From sequence record OL780484.1: a stretch of 64,000 bases of DNA; one strand, given 5' to 3'. Within the stretch, counting starts at the first letter, position 1. Each line of letters starts with the position of its first letter. Under the pieces are notes generated by a model that worked only from the letters and a program-made list of their open reading frames with translations, did no database searches and was not told the origin of the DNA. This document shows positions 10,543 to 22,087 of the stretch, piece after piece. The position numbers and the translations under genes are program-made. The DNA comes from Escherichia phage vB_EcoM-E33.

Positions 10543-10571
10543 GTTTACAACGCCTTTAAACGTGATACTAT
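10543..10571 (+). promoter_or_regulatory. Early promoter cassette
   Basis: GTTTAC, 17 bp, TACTAT, then conserved leader AGACCTATCAACTA...GAGGAAATAAAATG. Confidence 0.75.
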
Positions 10572-10599
10572 AGACCTATCAACTACATGAGGAAATAAA

Positions 10600-10989
10600 A
10601 TGGAAATCGGTAAAACTTATGAACTTCGTCCTGAATGCATTAAAGACTTTATTGAAATGGACGAATATGAAAATAATAAAAGCATGGTCGACCTTATCCA
10701 AGACAACGGAGGTTGGTTTGAAGTAAAGGATATGTTGACTATGGATGGCGACAAATTTGTGACTGAAATCGAATGTGCAAATGGCGAGATTTATAATGCA
10801 TTTGGGTTGGTGCCAAATTATTTTGAGTTGCATGAAGATGAGTTCTATTGCTTCTGTGAATATGTTGTGGAAGATAAAGAAATCGATGAGCCTATTGCTA
10901 AGGCCGGTGTGACTCAAATCCATTGCATTGTCACCGAACAGAACGTTGACCAAATCATTGAACTTTTGCAAAAAACTTTTAAGGCCTAA
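10600..10989 (+). CDS. Hypothetical acidic early protein (frd.x-like position)
   Basis: 129 aa ORF 29 nt downstream of an early promoter, RBS GAGGA; D/E-rich. Confidence 0.6.
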   Translation: MEIGKTYELRPECIKDFIEMDEYENNKSMVDLIQDNGGWFEVKDMLTMDGDKFVTEIECANGEIYNAFGLVPNYFELHEDEFYCFCEYVVEDKEIDEPIAKAGVTQIHCIVTEQNVDQIIELLQKTFKA

Positions 10990-10990
10990 T

Positions 10991-11251
10991 ATGACTAAAG
11001 ATGATTTCCTGGATGCAGTAGAAAAAGCCAGTGAGAAATTTGAAGTGATGGGTGTACGAGTTCATAAAGACCGAAATTACGGGCTCGATATCCAAACTTA
11101 TTCATTATGGCTTGTAGGTGAACATAGTCTTGTAACCACCTTAGTTATGGGTGTTGATGCCCAACCTTTACTGGTTAAATTTAGAAGTATGGAAAAAGCT
11201 ACCAAAGAAATGATTAAGCTTGGTAAATGGCTTGATAAAATTCAAAAATAA
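10991..11251 (+). CDS. Hypothetical early protein
   Basis: ATG 10991 follows the stop of the previous ORF; ORF-track start 10928 is an overlapping upstream extension. Confidence 0.55.
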   Translation: MTKDDFLDAVEKASEKFEVMGVRVHKDRNYGLDIQTYSLWLVGEHSLVTTLVMGVDAQPLLVKFRSMEKATKEMIKLGKWLDKIQK

Positions 11252-11253
11252 GT

Positions 11254-11282
11254 GTTTACAATGCCTTTAAACATGATACTAT
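11254..11282 (+). promoter_or_regulatory. Early promoter cassette (near-identical copy of 10543-10571)
   Basis: GTTTAC, 17 bp, TACTAT, same leader. Confidence 0.75.
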
Positions 11283-11314
11283 AGACCTATCAACTAATGA
11301 GTGAGGAAAATAAA

Positions 11315-11542
11315 ATGGCTAAGGTTAATATTGATATCGTTGATTTTGAATACACTTACGAAGTTATCCGTAATCGTTATCCTTCTTTAGTTATGACCCA
11401 TATTAAAGATACCCAATTCTGTAGTATGCAAATTGAAGTCCAAGGTCCTCTTGAAGACCTTACCCGCTTTATGGCTGACGAGTATTGTGACGGTATGCAC
11501 CTGGAAGACGCTAAATTTTATATGGGCCTAATTCAAAAATAA
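11315..11542 (+). CDS. Hypothetical early protein
   Basis: ATG 11315 preceded by GAGGAAAATAAA leader; an alternative in-frame ATG at 11297. Confidence 0.55.
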   Translation: MAKVNIDIVDFEYTYEVIRNRYPSLVMTHIKDTQFCSMQIEVQGPLEDLTRFMADEYCDGMHLEDAKFYMGLIQK

Positions 11543-11572
11543 GTTTACACCAGGCTATGGTAGTGATACTAT
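11543..11572 (+). promoter_or_regulatory. Early promoter cassette
   Basis: GTTTAC, 18 bp, TACTAT; inverted repeat GGCTAT/ATAGCC spans the -10. Confidence 0.7.
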
Positions 11573-11597
11573 AGCCTTATCAACTAAGGAGAATAAA

Positions 11598-13280
<1,683 letters not shown>

Positions 13281-13341
13281 AAATTCAAATAATCTGTACT
13301 CTGTTTTTGGTTATTATGGTTGGGCTGAATTTGGTGCTATA

Positions 13342-13635
13342 ATGAGAGTTTGCAGAGTTGTTAACAAGTATAAAGAAGACTTTGATGTCAATATCCAACG
13401 TGGAACTATGTGGGGTAATCCATTTAAAGATGGAACCCGCGAGGAAAACATCAAGAACTTTAAAGAATACTTTATTGCTAAAATAAAATCGGGCGAAATT
13501 AAAAGAGAACATCTTGAAACCCTTAGAGGTATGCGTATAGCGTGTACCTGTAAACCTAAGGACTGTCATGGGGATGTGATAGCCCTGGTTGTTAACAAAC
13601 TTTTCAAAGACACGTTCTCATTAGAAGACCTATAA
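13342..13635 (+). CDS. DUF4326-like small protein (nrdA.1-like position)
   Basis: 97 aa; WGNPF and C.CKPKDCHGDV motifs as I recall for DUF4326; weak RBS. Confidence 0.6.
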   Translation: MRVCRVVNKYKEDFDVNIQRGTMWGNPFKDGTREENIKNFKEYFIAKIKSGEIKREHLETLRGMRIACTCKPKDCHGDVIALVVNKLFKDTFSLEDL

Positions 13636-13638
13636 ATA
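13631..13638 (+). promoter_or_regulatory. TATAAATA motif upstream of nrdA (possible late promoter)
   Basis: Exact TATAAATA overlapping the stop of the DUF4326-like ORF, 64 nt before the nrdA ATG. Confidence 0.3.
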
Positions 13639-13701
13639 TCAGTCCATGCTTAACAGGTTCTATGATAGAATAATTATAGAACCTAACATATTGAGGAAAT
13701 T

Positions 13702-15957
13702 ATGCAAGTACAAAAAAGTAGTGGTGTATCCCAAGATTTTGACGCACAAAAAATTATTAAAGTTCTGACTTGGGGCTGTGAAGGAACCCAAATCGACCCC
13801 TATGAATTATACGAAGAAATCAAATCCCATCTTCGTGACGGTATGACTACCAAAGATATCCAAAATCTGACTGTTAAGGTAGCAGCCAACCTTATCTCGG
13901 TTGAAGAGCCTGATTACCAATATGTTGCTGCAAAAGAATTGATGTTTGCACTGCGTAAAGAAGTTTATGGGCAGTTCGAACCACGTAGCTTTATCGACCA
14001 TATTTCCTATTGTGTTAACGAAGGTAAATATGACCCTGAATTGTTGTCTCGATATTCTGCAGAAGAAATTACTTTCTTAGAATCTCATATAAAGCATGAA
14101 CGCGATTTCGAATTGACTTATGCTGGTGCGATGCAGCTTAAAGAGAAATATCTGGTTAAAGATAAAACAACCGGTAAAATCTACGAAACCCCTCAGTTCG
14201 CTATCATGTGTATTGGTATGGCCTTACACCAAGACGAGCCGGGTAATCGTTTAGCACATATTATTCGTTTTTATGATGCTGTAAGTACCCGTCAGGTTTC
14301 ATTACCAACTCCTATTATGGCTGGAGCACGTACACCAACCCGTCAATTTAGTTCTTGTGTGGTTATTGAAGCAGGCGACTCACTGAAATCTATTAACAAA
14401 ACTGCTAACTCAATAATTGAATACATTTCTAAACGTGCCGGTATTGGTATCAACGTTGGTATGATTCGTGCTGAAGGTTCTCGTATTGGCATGGGCGAAG
14501 TCAAGCATACCGGTGTTATTCCATTCTGGAAACATTTCCAGACTGCTGTTAAATCATGTTCACAAGGTGGAATCCGTGGCGGCGCTGCTACTGCTTATTA
14601 TCCTATTTGGCATTTGGAAGTTGAAAATCTGCTCGTTCTGAAAAACAACAAGGGTGTCGATGAGAACCGTATTCGTCATATGGACTATGGAATCCAGTTG
14701 AACGACCTGATGATGGAACGTTTCGGTAAGAATGATTACATTACTCTGTTTAGTCCTCATGAAATGGGTGGTGAGCTTTACTATTCTTATTTCGAAGACC
14801 AAGACCGTTTCCGTGAATTGTATGAAGCCGCAGAAAAAGACCCTAGTATTCGTAAGAAACGTATTAAGGCACGTGACCTCTTTGAATTGTTCATGACTGA
14901 ACGTTCAGGCACTGCACGAATTTATCCTCAATTCGTTGATAACACTAACAACTTCACACCATTTATTCGTGAGAAAGCTCCTATTCGCCAGAGCAACTTG
15001 TGTTGTGAAATTGCTATCCCGACTACTGACGTGAATAGTCCTGACGCTGAAATTGGTTTGTGTACGTTGTCTGCATTCGTATTGGATAACTTCGATTGGC
15101 AGGACCAAGACAAAATCAACGAGCTGGCTGAAGTACAAGTACGTGCACTTGATAACCTGTTGGACTATCAAGATTATCCTGTTCCTGAAGCTCTGAAGGC
15201 TAAGAAACGTCGTAACCTGGGTGTTGGTGTTACGAACTACGCCGCTTGGTTAGCAAGCAACTTTGCTTCTTATGAAGACGCTAACGATTTAACTCATGAA
15301 TTGTTTGAGAGATTACAATATGGACTTATCCGAGCATCCATCAAGCTGGCCGAAGAAAAAGGACATTGCGAGTATTATTCAGACACTAAATGGTCTCGAG
15401 GCGAATTACCTATCGACTGGTACAATAAAAAGATTGACCAAATCGCAGCCCCTAACTATGTTTGTGACTGGACGTCGTTGCGGGAAGACTTGGCTAAACA
15501 TGGCATCCGTAATAGCACATTATCAGCACTTATGCCGTGTGAATCAAGCAGCCAGGTTTCCAACTCTACAAACGGTATCGAACCTCCACGTGGTCCGGTA
15601 AGTATTAAAGAATCTAAAGAAGGTAACTTCCGTCAGGTAGTTCCTAATGTAGAACATAACCAAGGACTCTACGATTACGCTTGGACCCTTGCTAAGAAAG
15701 GTAATAAACCTTATCTTACCCAAGTGGCAATAGCGTTGAAATGGGTGTGTCAATCAGCATCAGCGAATACATATTACGACCCACAGATTTTCCCAAAAGG
15801 AAAAGTTCCGATGTCGGTAATGCTTGATGACCTGCTGTATTTCTGGTACTACGGCGGTAAGAACCTTTACTATCATAACACCCGTGATGGCTCTGGTACT
15901 GATGACTACGAAATCGAAACTCCTAAAGCCGACGATTGTGCAGCTTGTAAGCTTTAA
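13702..15957 (+). CDS. nrdA: Ribonucleotide reductase large subunit NrdA
   Basis: 751 aa; ATP-cone N-terminus and class I RNR catalytic region; matches recalled T4 NrdA. Confidence 0.95.
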   Translation: MQVQKSSGVSQDFDAQKIIKVLTWGCEGTQIDPYELYEEIKSHLRDGMTTKDIQNLTVKVAANLISVEEPDYQYVAAKELMFALRKEVYGQFEPRSFIDHISYCVNEGKYDPELLSRYSAEEITFLESHIKHERDFELTYAGAMQLKEKYLVKDKTTGKIYETPQFAIMCIGMALHQDEPGNRLAHIIRFYDAVSTRQVSLPTPIMAGARTPTRQFSSCVVIEAGDSLKSINKTANSIIEYISKRAGIGINVGMIRAEGSRIGMGEVKHTGVIPFWKHFQTAVKSCSQGGIRGGAATAYYPIWHLEVENLLVLKNNKGVDENRIRHMDYGIQLNDLMMERFGKNDYITLFSPHEMGGELYYSYFEDQDRFRELYEAAEKDPSIRKKRIKARDLFELFMTERSGTARIYPQFVDNTNNFTPFIREKAPIRQSNLCCEIAIPTTDVNSPDAEIGLCTLSAFVLDNFDWQDQDKINELAEVQVRALDNLLDYQDYPVPEALKAKKRRNLGVGVTNYAAWLASNFASYEDANDLTHELFERLQYGLIRASIKLAEEKGHCEYYSDTKWSRGELPIDWYNKKIDQIAAPNYVCDWTSLREDLAKHGIRNSTLSALMPCESSSQVSNSTNGIEPPRGPVSIKESKEGNFRQVVPNVEHNQGLYDYAWTLAKKGNKPYLTQVAIALKWVCQSASANTYYDPQIFPKGKVPMSVMLDDLLYFWYYGGKNLYYHNTRDGSGTDDYEIETPKADDCAACKL

Positions 15958-16010
15958 TAAAATCTGATTATAATTGACTCATGGATGAGTCACTAACAAA
16001 TGAGAATAAC

Positions 16011-17189
16011 ATGTCTACAGTTTTTAATACCACCCCAGTTGATGTTTTAGTCGAACCGATGTTCTTTGGTTCAGGATTGGGTATTGCTCGTTATGATATC
16101 CAACGCCATAAAGTATTCGAAGAGCTTTGTGAGAAGCAGTTGAGTTTTTTCTGGCGTCCAGAGGAAGTTAACTTGATGATGGATGCTGCCCAGTTTAATA
16201 AGCTTCCACAATTCCAGCAAAATATTTTTACCAATAATCTGAAGTATCAATCACTTCTGGATAGTATCCAAGGACGTGCTCCTTCTGCTGCACTTCAAGC
16301 CTTGATTTCAGACCCTAGCCTTGATACATGGGTGGCTACATGGACCTTTAGTGAGACTATTCACTCTCGTTCATATACCCATATCATGCGTAACCTCTAT
16401 ACAGACCCGTCAAAGGTATTTGATGAAATTCTGTTAGATGACGCTATTATGAAACGTGCTGAATCTATTGGTCGTTATTACGACGACGTTATTGAGAAAA
16501 CTCGCTATTGGCAGAATGCTAAAGCTGATATCGAATACCAAAAAGAAATTAATGCAGACGAAGACGATATTGAAGATGCTATTGAGCATGAGATGTATTG
16601 GAAGCGTGAGCTAATGAAATCCCTTTACCTTTGCCTTCATGTAATCAACGCATTGGAAGCTATTCGTTTTTATGTATCTTTCGCATGCACCTTTAACTTC
16701 CATAAAAACATGGAAATCATGGAAGGTAATGCTAAGATTATGAAGTTCATTGCACGTGATGAACAGCTTCACCTTAAAGGTACTCAGTACATTATTCGTC
16801 AACTCCAACTTGGTACTGACGGTGACGAATGGGTTAAAATTGCTCAAGAGTGTGAACAAGAAGCAGTTGATATTTTCATGGAAGTTAACCGTCAAGAAAA
16901 AGAATGGGCTGCTCACCTGTTCAAAGATGGTACTTGCCCTGGATTAAATACTCAGAACATGGGTGCTTTTGTCGATTACCTGACAGTTTCTCGTATGAAG
17001 CAATGTGGCTTACCGTGTCCTATTACTGATGCTCCTGCCCGCCATCCTTATCCTTGGATTCGCGAATACCTGAACTCTGATGCTGTACAGGCTGCTCCTC
17101 AGGAAGTGGAAATAAGTTCTTACCTTGTAGCACAAATTGATAACGATGTCGATGAAAAAGTAATGGCATCGTACAAGAAATATTTTTAA
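16011..17189 (+). CDS. nrdB: Ribonucleotide reductase small subunit NrdB, uninterrupted (no intron)
   Basis: Start set at ATG 16011 (MSTVFNT..., as recalled for T4 NrdB); ORF-track start 15981 has no RBS. Confidence 0.92.
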   Translation: MSTVFNTTPVDVLVEPMFFGSGLGIARYDIQRHKVFEELCEKQLSFFWRPEEVNLMMDAAQFNKLPQFQQNIFTNNLKYQSLLDSIQGRAPSAALQALISDPSLDTWVATWTFSETIHSRSYTHIMRNLYTDPSKVFDEILLDDAIMKRAESIGRYYDDVIEKTRYWQNAKADIEYQKEINADEDDIEDAIEHEMYWKRELMKSLYLCLHVINALEAIRFYVSFACTFNFHKNMEIMEGNAKIMKFIARDEQLHLKGTQYIIRQLQLGTDGDEWVKIAQECEQEAVDIFMEVNRQEKEWAAHLFKDGTCPGLNTQNMGAFVDYLTVSRMKQCGLPCPITDAPARHPYPWIREYLNSDAVQAAPQEVEISSYLVAQIDNDVDEKVMASYKKYF

Positions 17190-17194
17190 GGAAT

Positions 17195-17208
17195 GGGGCT
17201 TCGGCCCC
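17195..17208 (+). terminator. Stem-loop between nrdB and denA (attenuator-like)
   Basis: GGGGCttcgGCCCC immediately after the nrdB stop; only a short T run follows. Confidence 0.5.
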
Positions 17209-17216
17209 TTATTGCT

Positions 17217-17630
17217 ATGAAAGAAATCGCAGACGAATTTAGCTTTATCAAGTACGTCACCCTAGAACTCCAAGATGACGCCACCATAGCTCCACTCACA
17301 GTACCAAATAAACAAAATGTCATATATGCTATAGCGGTTGATGATATACTAGTCTACGTCGGGAAGACTAAAAATCTTCGTAAGCGCATCAACTACTACC
17401 GAACCGCTATTAATCGTAAGGACCAAACGTCGGATTCGACTAAGTCCATTCTGATTCATGAAGCATTAATGGCAGGTAAAAAGGTGGAGTTCTATGCACG
17501 GCAGTGCTTTAATCTGTCGATGACTAACGAACTTGGAACTATGTCAGTTGAGACCATGTCTCTTGAAGAGCCAATGTTCATAAAGAAATTTAATCCACCT
17601 TGGAATACCCAACATAGGATAAAGCAATGA
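17217..17630 (+). CDS. denA: Endonuclease II (GIY-YIG family)
   Basis: 137 aa from ATG 17217: MKEIADEFSFIKY...VIYAIAVDDILVYVGKTKNLRKRINYYR matches recalled T4 DenA; the ORF-track start 17193 would include the upstream hairpin. Confidence 0.9.
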   Translation: MKEIADEFSFIKYVTLELQDDATIAPLTVPNKQNVIYAIAVDDILVYVGKTKNLRKRINYYRTAINRKDQTSDSTKSILIHEALMAGKKVEFYARQCFNLSMTNELGTMSVETMSLEEPMFIKKFNPPWNTQHRIKQ

Positions 17631-18775
17631 TTGAATTATATGATAACTTGATGGCCCTGGTTAAAAACTCGACTAAATCTAAGTTCTTCTTTAAAGACTT
17701 TCAGAGTGCTCTAGGAGTCAACTATCGCATCTTTAGTTATAACTACGCATCATACAGTGATTGGTTGGAAGACGGCGCACTAGAGTGCCGAGGCATTATG
17801 TTTGAAATGGACGAGAAAGGTCCTGTACGTATTGCCGCTCGTCCTATGCAAAAGTTCTTTAACCTCGACGAAAACCCTATGACTATCGGTCTGGATTTGT
17901 CGCCAGAAAATATCGACCTCGTAATGGCTAAGGAAGATGGTTCTCTGATTTCTACATTCATGGACCGACAGTATCTTTCTGTTAAATCTAAAGGCTCTAT
18001 CCATTCATCAATGGTGCATGATTCTTTACGGTTCCTTCGTCTCCCTGAGAACGAGGCTTTTGCCGCACGTCTAGAAGAAATCACCAAAGCTGGGTATACC
18101 TGCAACCTTGAATATGTTGCACCTACCAACCGTATCGTGCTGGCTTACCAAGAAACAAATCTCATCCTGTTGAACGTTCGTAATAATGAAACCGGTGAAT
18201 ATATTCCATATGCGGAATTGTTTAAGGACGGCGCACTGCGTAAGCATTTGGTTGAAAGCTATGAGCTCGCTGAGGGCGATTTCGTAGAAAACATCCGTAA
18301 GCAGGAAGGCATTGAAGGTTTCATCTTTGTACTGAAAGATGGTACGTTCTTTAAACTCAAAACCGCCTGGTACAGTGCACTGCATCATACCAAAGATTCC
18401 ATTAACAACAACGAACGTTTGTTTGAAGTTGTAGTGGCTGGTGGAACTGATGACCTTCGTGGTCTGTTCAGTACAGATTCCTTTGCTATCGAGAAAATCG
18501 ATGCCTTTGAACGCATCCATTTAGATTACCTAGAACAATCATTAGCCTTGTTAGAAGCAGCTTACTCTCAACTCAAAGGTCGCGACCGTAAAGACTATGC
18601 CGTTACTGGACAGCTAATCCTTAAGGACTTCCCAGGGTTGTTCTCTATTCTTATGCAGGCGTACGTAGGCGGTATTAATTATGATACGGTCATGGACCAG
18701 ATTAACTCTGTGTTCTTGAAAAATCATAAGGCCCAAATCCCTGAAAAATATTTGAAAGAAATTGTGGTAGAGTAG
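17627..18775 (+). CDS. rnlA: RNA ligase 1 (gene 63)
   Basis: 382 aa; FSYNYASYSDWL, CRGIMFEM, KEDGSL (lysine nucleotidyltransferase motif I) match recalled T4 Rnl1. Confidence 0.92.
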   Translation: MIELYDNLMALVKNSTKSKFFFKDFQSALGVNYRIFSYNYASYSDWLEDGALECRGIMFEMDEKGPVRIAARPMQKFFNLDENPMTIGLDLSPENIDLVMAKEDGSLISTFMDRQYLSVKSKGSIHSSMVHDSLRFLRLPENEAFAARLEEITKAGYTCNLEYVAPTNRIVLAYQETNLILLNVRNNETGEYIPYAELFKDGALRKHLVESYELAEGDFVENIRKQEGIEGFIFVLKDGTFFKLKTAWYSALHHTKDSINNNERLFEVVVAGGTDDLRGLFSTDSFAIEKIDAFERIHLDYLEQSLALLEAAYSQLKGRDRKDYAVTGQLILKDFPGLFSILMQAYVGGINYDTVMDQINSVFLKNHKAQIPEKYLKEIVVE

Positions 18776-18803
18776 TTTACATCTCCTCATGACGTGTTAG
18801 TAT
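18775..18803 (+). promoter_or_regulatory. Early promoter cassette upstream of the alc-like gene
   Basis: GTTTAC, 17 bp, TAGTAT; -35 overlaps the rnlA stop codon. Confidence 0.7.
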
Positions 18804-18833
18804 AGACTTACCAACTAATGAGGAGAAAACAAA

Positions 18834-19334
18834 ATGAATATGCAAATGATTACTAACGAAATGGTTGTTAAGGCTTTTGGTGACTCTACTGACGGCATCC
18901 AAGTTTTTAAAGGTTCTCGTGCAGTAGGTTACCTGACCGATCTTCGTGTCACTTTAGCTAAAAATGCTAAAAAGAAAATCAAGCAAAAAGAATACTCTAC
19001 CCGTTATGCAGAAGAAAAGCGTGAAGCAATGCCTCAAGCTGTTAACTCTATGGTCGAGTTTCTCCAAAACAACCTTTCCAAATACGATGCCGAGGTGTTT
19101 ATTAATATTAGCCAACCTAATGTTAAAATCTCAGGCATCACGTTCTATTTGATTTGCGACCCATTAAGCGACAAGTTTAATCGCCTTGGCATTTCAAGTC
19201 CTTACCATACCGCTGAAGAATTGTGTTTTATGTTCGAAACGTACAAAATTCAGTGTGAAAATCCTAAAACAGTTCTTATTAATTCCCTGTCACGTGATGA
19301 CATCATCGAGATTATTACCAAATGTCTAAATTAA
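18834..19334 (+). CDS. alc: Alc-like protein (positional assignment only)
   Basis: 166 aa ORF between rnlA and the spanins, the T4 position and approximate size of alc; sequence not independently recognised. Confidence 0.5.
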   Translation: MNMQMITNEMVVKAFGDSTDGIQVFKGSRAVGYLTDLRVTLAKNAKKKIKQKEYSTRYAEEKREAMPQAVNSMVEFLQNNLSKYDAEVFINISQPNVKISGITFYLICDPLSDKFNRLGISSPYHTAEELCFMFETYKIQCENPKTVLINSLSRDDIIEIITKCLN

Positions 19335-19675
19335 GTATTTACCTTTTAGCTGGAGCCATTGCAGTAGGTGCTTACGGTTTTATTTCGTATCAATCAAGTC
19401 GTATTGATACCCTTACTGAAGAACTGAAAACTACCCAGCAAACGGCCAAACAGAATGCCGAAGCCGTAGAGGACCTACGTGGCCAATACTCGGATATTGA
19501 ATTCCGTACTACTGAAATGAATGCCCGAATGGATAAAATTAAGGTAGAAAATGAAAAGCTCCGTAAAGATTCGAAGAAGGCGCACGTGGTGGCAAGTAAG
19601 CCAGGATTGGTCGAAAAACAAATCAACAAGTCCTTCGATTCCTTTACAGAAGACTTCAGGAGCATTACAGAATGA
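19322..19675 (+). CDS. pseT.3: i-spanin (inner-membrane spanin subunit)
   Basis: 117 aa; N-terminal hydrophobic segment (IYLLAGAIAVGAYGFI) followed by a charged coiled-coil-like region. Confidence 0.7.
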   Translation: MSKLSIYLLAGAIAVGAYGFISYQSSRIDTLTEELKTTQQTAKQNAEAVEDLRGQYSDIEFRTTEMNARMDKIKVENEKLRKDSKKAHVVASKPGLVEKQINKSFDSFTEDFRSITE

Positions 19676-19962
19676 TTAAATTATCTGTGGTAGTATTATC
19701 TATTGGCTTGTTAGTTGGATGTGCCCAGGACATCCCTGTAGTGCCTAAGCAACAACTACATCCTTCATGGCCACAACCTATTGCCAAACATAATGTTAAA
19801 TGGCAGGTTAAGGTAATCGATGGTAAAGCTTGGGTTGGAATGCCATTTGAAGATTCCCAAGAACATCGTATTTGGTTGAATGACGTAAAAAGATATGTAC
19901 AAGACCAGAAATCTATGTTATGTTATTATCGTTCTGGACTAAAAGAGGGGAAGTGCAAATGA
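19672..19962 (+). CDS. pseT.2: o-spanin (outer-membrane lipoprotein spanin subunit)
   Basis: 96 aa; lipoprotein signal with lipobox LLVGC; start overlaps i-spanin stop (ATGA). Confidence 0.75.
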   Translation: MIKLSVVVLSIGLLVGCAQDIPVVPKQQLHPSWPQPIAKHNVKWQVKVIDGKAWVGMPFEDSQEHRIWLNDVKRYVQDQKSMLCYYRSGLKEGKCK

Positions 19963-20066
19963 TTGAGACATGCGTTTGCGGTTGGGATGCCGTTAGATTT
20001 GGCGCTGCATTCTTTTGTTTTGGGATTGTGTTCAGCATGTGTATGCATGGTCTTTTCGGAAAGTAG
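19959..20066 (+). CDS. Possible 35-aa hydrophobic Cys-rich peptide
   Basis: ATG overlaps the o-spanin stop (ATGA); translates MIETCVCGWDAVRFGAAFFCFGIVFSMCMHGLFGK; below ORF-track size cutoff. Confidence 0.25.
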   Translation: MIETCVCGWDAVRFGAAFFCFGIVFSMCMHGLFGK

Positions 20067-20095
20067 TTTACAAACTCTTGGGAGCAGAGTATAAT
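20066..20095 (+). promoter_or_regulatory. Early promoter
   Basis: GTTTAC, 18 bp, TATAAT. Confidence 0.7.
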
Positions 20096-20129
20096 GCTCC
20101 TACGGATTATAAAAATTGAGGAAATTATT

Positions 20130-21333
<1,204 letters not shown>

Positions 21334-21334
<1 letters not shown>

Positions 21335-21531
21335 TGAATAATATCGAAAAGATTTTTCGTACAATCGAAGAAATTGAAAAACGTAAATGCTTTTTCTTCG
21401 GCGTATGGCCTTTAACTGATGGACGTATTGGCCTGGATGTTATGGACTATAAAGATGAAGACAAGGTCGATGGTGGTATTTTTAAATCCGCTCCTGAACT
21501 CCTTGCCTTCTTGGAAGAACATTATGTATAA
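21334..21531 (+). CDS. Hypothetical small protein
   Basis: ATG 21334 overlaps pseT stop (TAATG). Confidence 0.5.
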
Positions 21532-21739
21532 CAAACACCACGAAGTTGAAGAAGAAGCTTATAAAGAGCTTCAGAAACTGGTAGGTCAGAATATGTCTCC
21601 TACCCTCATTAACTCACTAGCAGCCCTTCGTAATGACCTCAATGAACGTTACAAAGGCGAGTACTATGTTGAGTTCGTTCCTCTGACTGAAGTCGTTGAC
21701 CGGTTTATTGTTAACGTGAAGGTCCATACAGTACACTGA
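21524..21739 (+). CDS. Hypothetical small protein
   Basis: ATG 21524 overlaps stop of previous ORF; ORF-track start 21419 is an out-of-frame overlap with the upstream gene. Confidence 0.5.
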   Translation: MYNKHHEVEEEAYKELQKLVGQNMSPTLINSLAALRNDLNERYKGEYYVEFVPLTEVVDRFIVNVKVHTVH

Positions 21740-21746
21740 GGTAATT

Positions 21747-22025
21747 ATGTTCCCTACTTATTCTGAAATTGTTAAAGTAGTTTTTAGTCAGATTGTATCT
21801 GATTACCTATACGAACCCGTCGACACGTCGACTGAACTAAAGGTGCATGGTCGTTTGTCTGCTATTCTGGAAATCATGTTCCCGGATGCAGTTGATGCAA
21901 TCACTGTTCAACTCACGCCTGGTGCAGCAATTGCAATTGTCCCATTTAAAATTGATAACCACATTTTGGCTATTTCATGCAAAATGGACTTCCAGAAACA
22001 AACGGTAGTTGTCGAAGCAATTTAA
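21747..22025 (+). CDS. Hypothetical protein
   Basis: 92 aa ORF, RBS GAGG upstream. Confidence 0.55.
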   Translation: MFPTYSEIVKVVFSQIVSDYLYEPVDTSTELKVHGRLSAILEIMFPDAVDAITVQLTPGAAIAIVPFKIDNHILAISCKMDFQKQTVVVEAI

Positions 22026-22027
22026 GT

Positions 22028-22057
22028 GTTTACACTATGGTAGGACTGTGGTATAGT
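22028..22057 (+). promoter_or_regulatory. Early promoter embedded in a stem-loop
   Basis: GTTTAC, 18 bp, TATAGT; 9-bp inverted repeat GGTAGGACT (22039-22047) / AGTCCTACC (22058-22066). Confidence 0.7.
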
Positions 22058-22087
22058 AGTCCTACCGAAACAAATGAGGAAATCGAA

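Noticed and set aside
17743-18520. Minus-strand ORFs of 128 and 149 aa
   Set aside because: Antisense to rnlA, which is clearly real.
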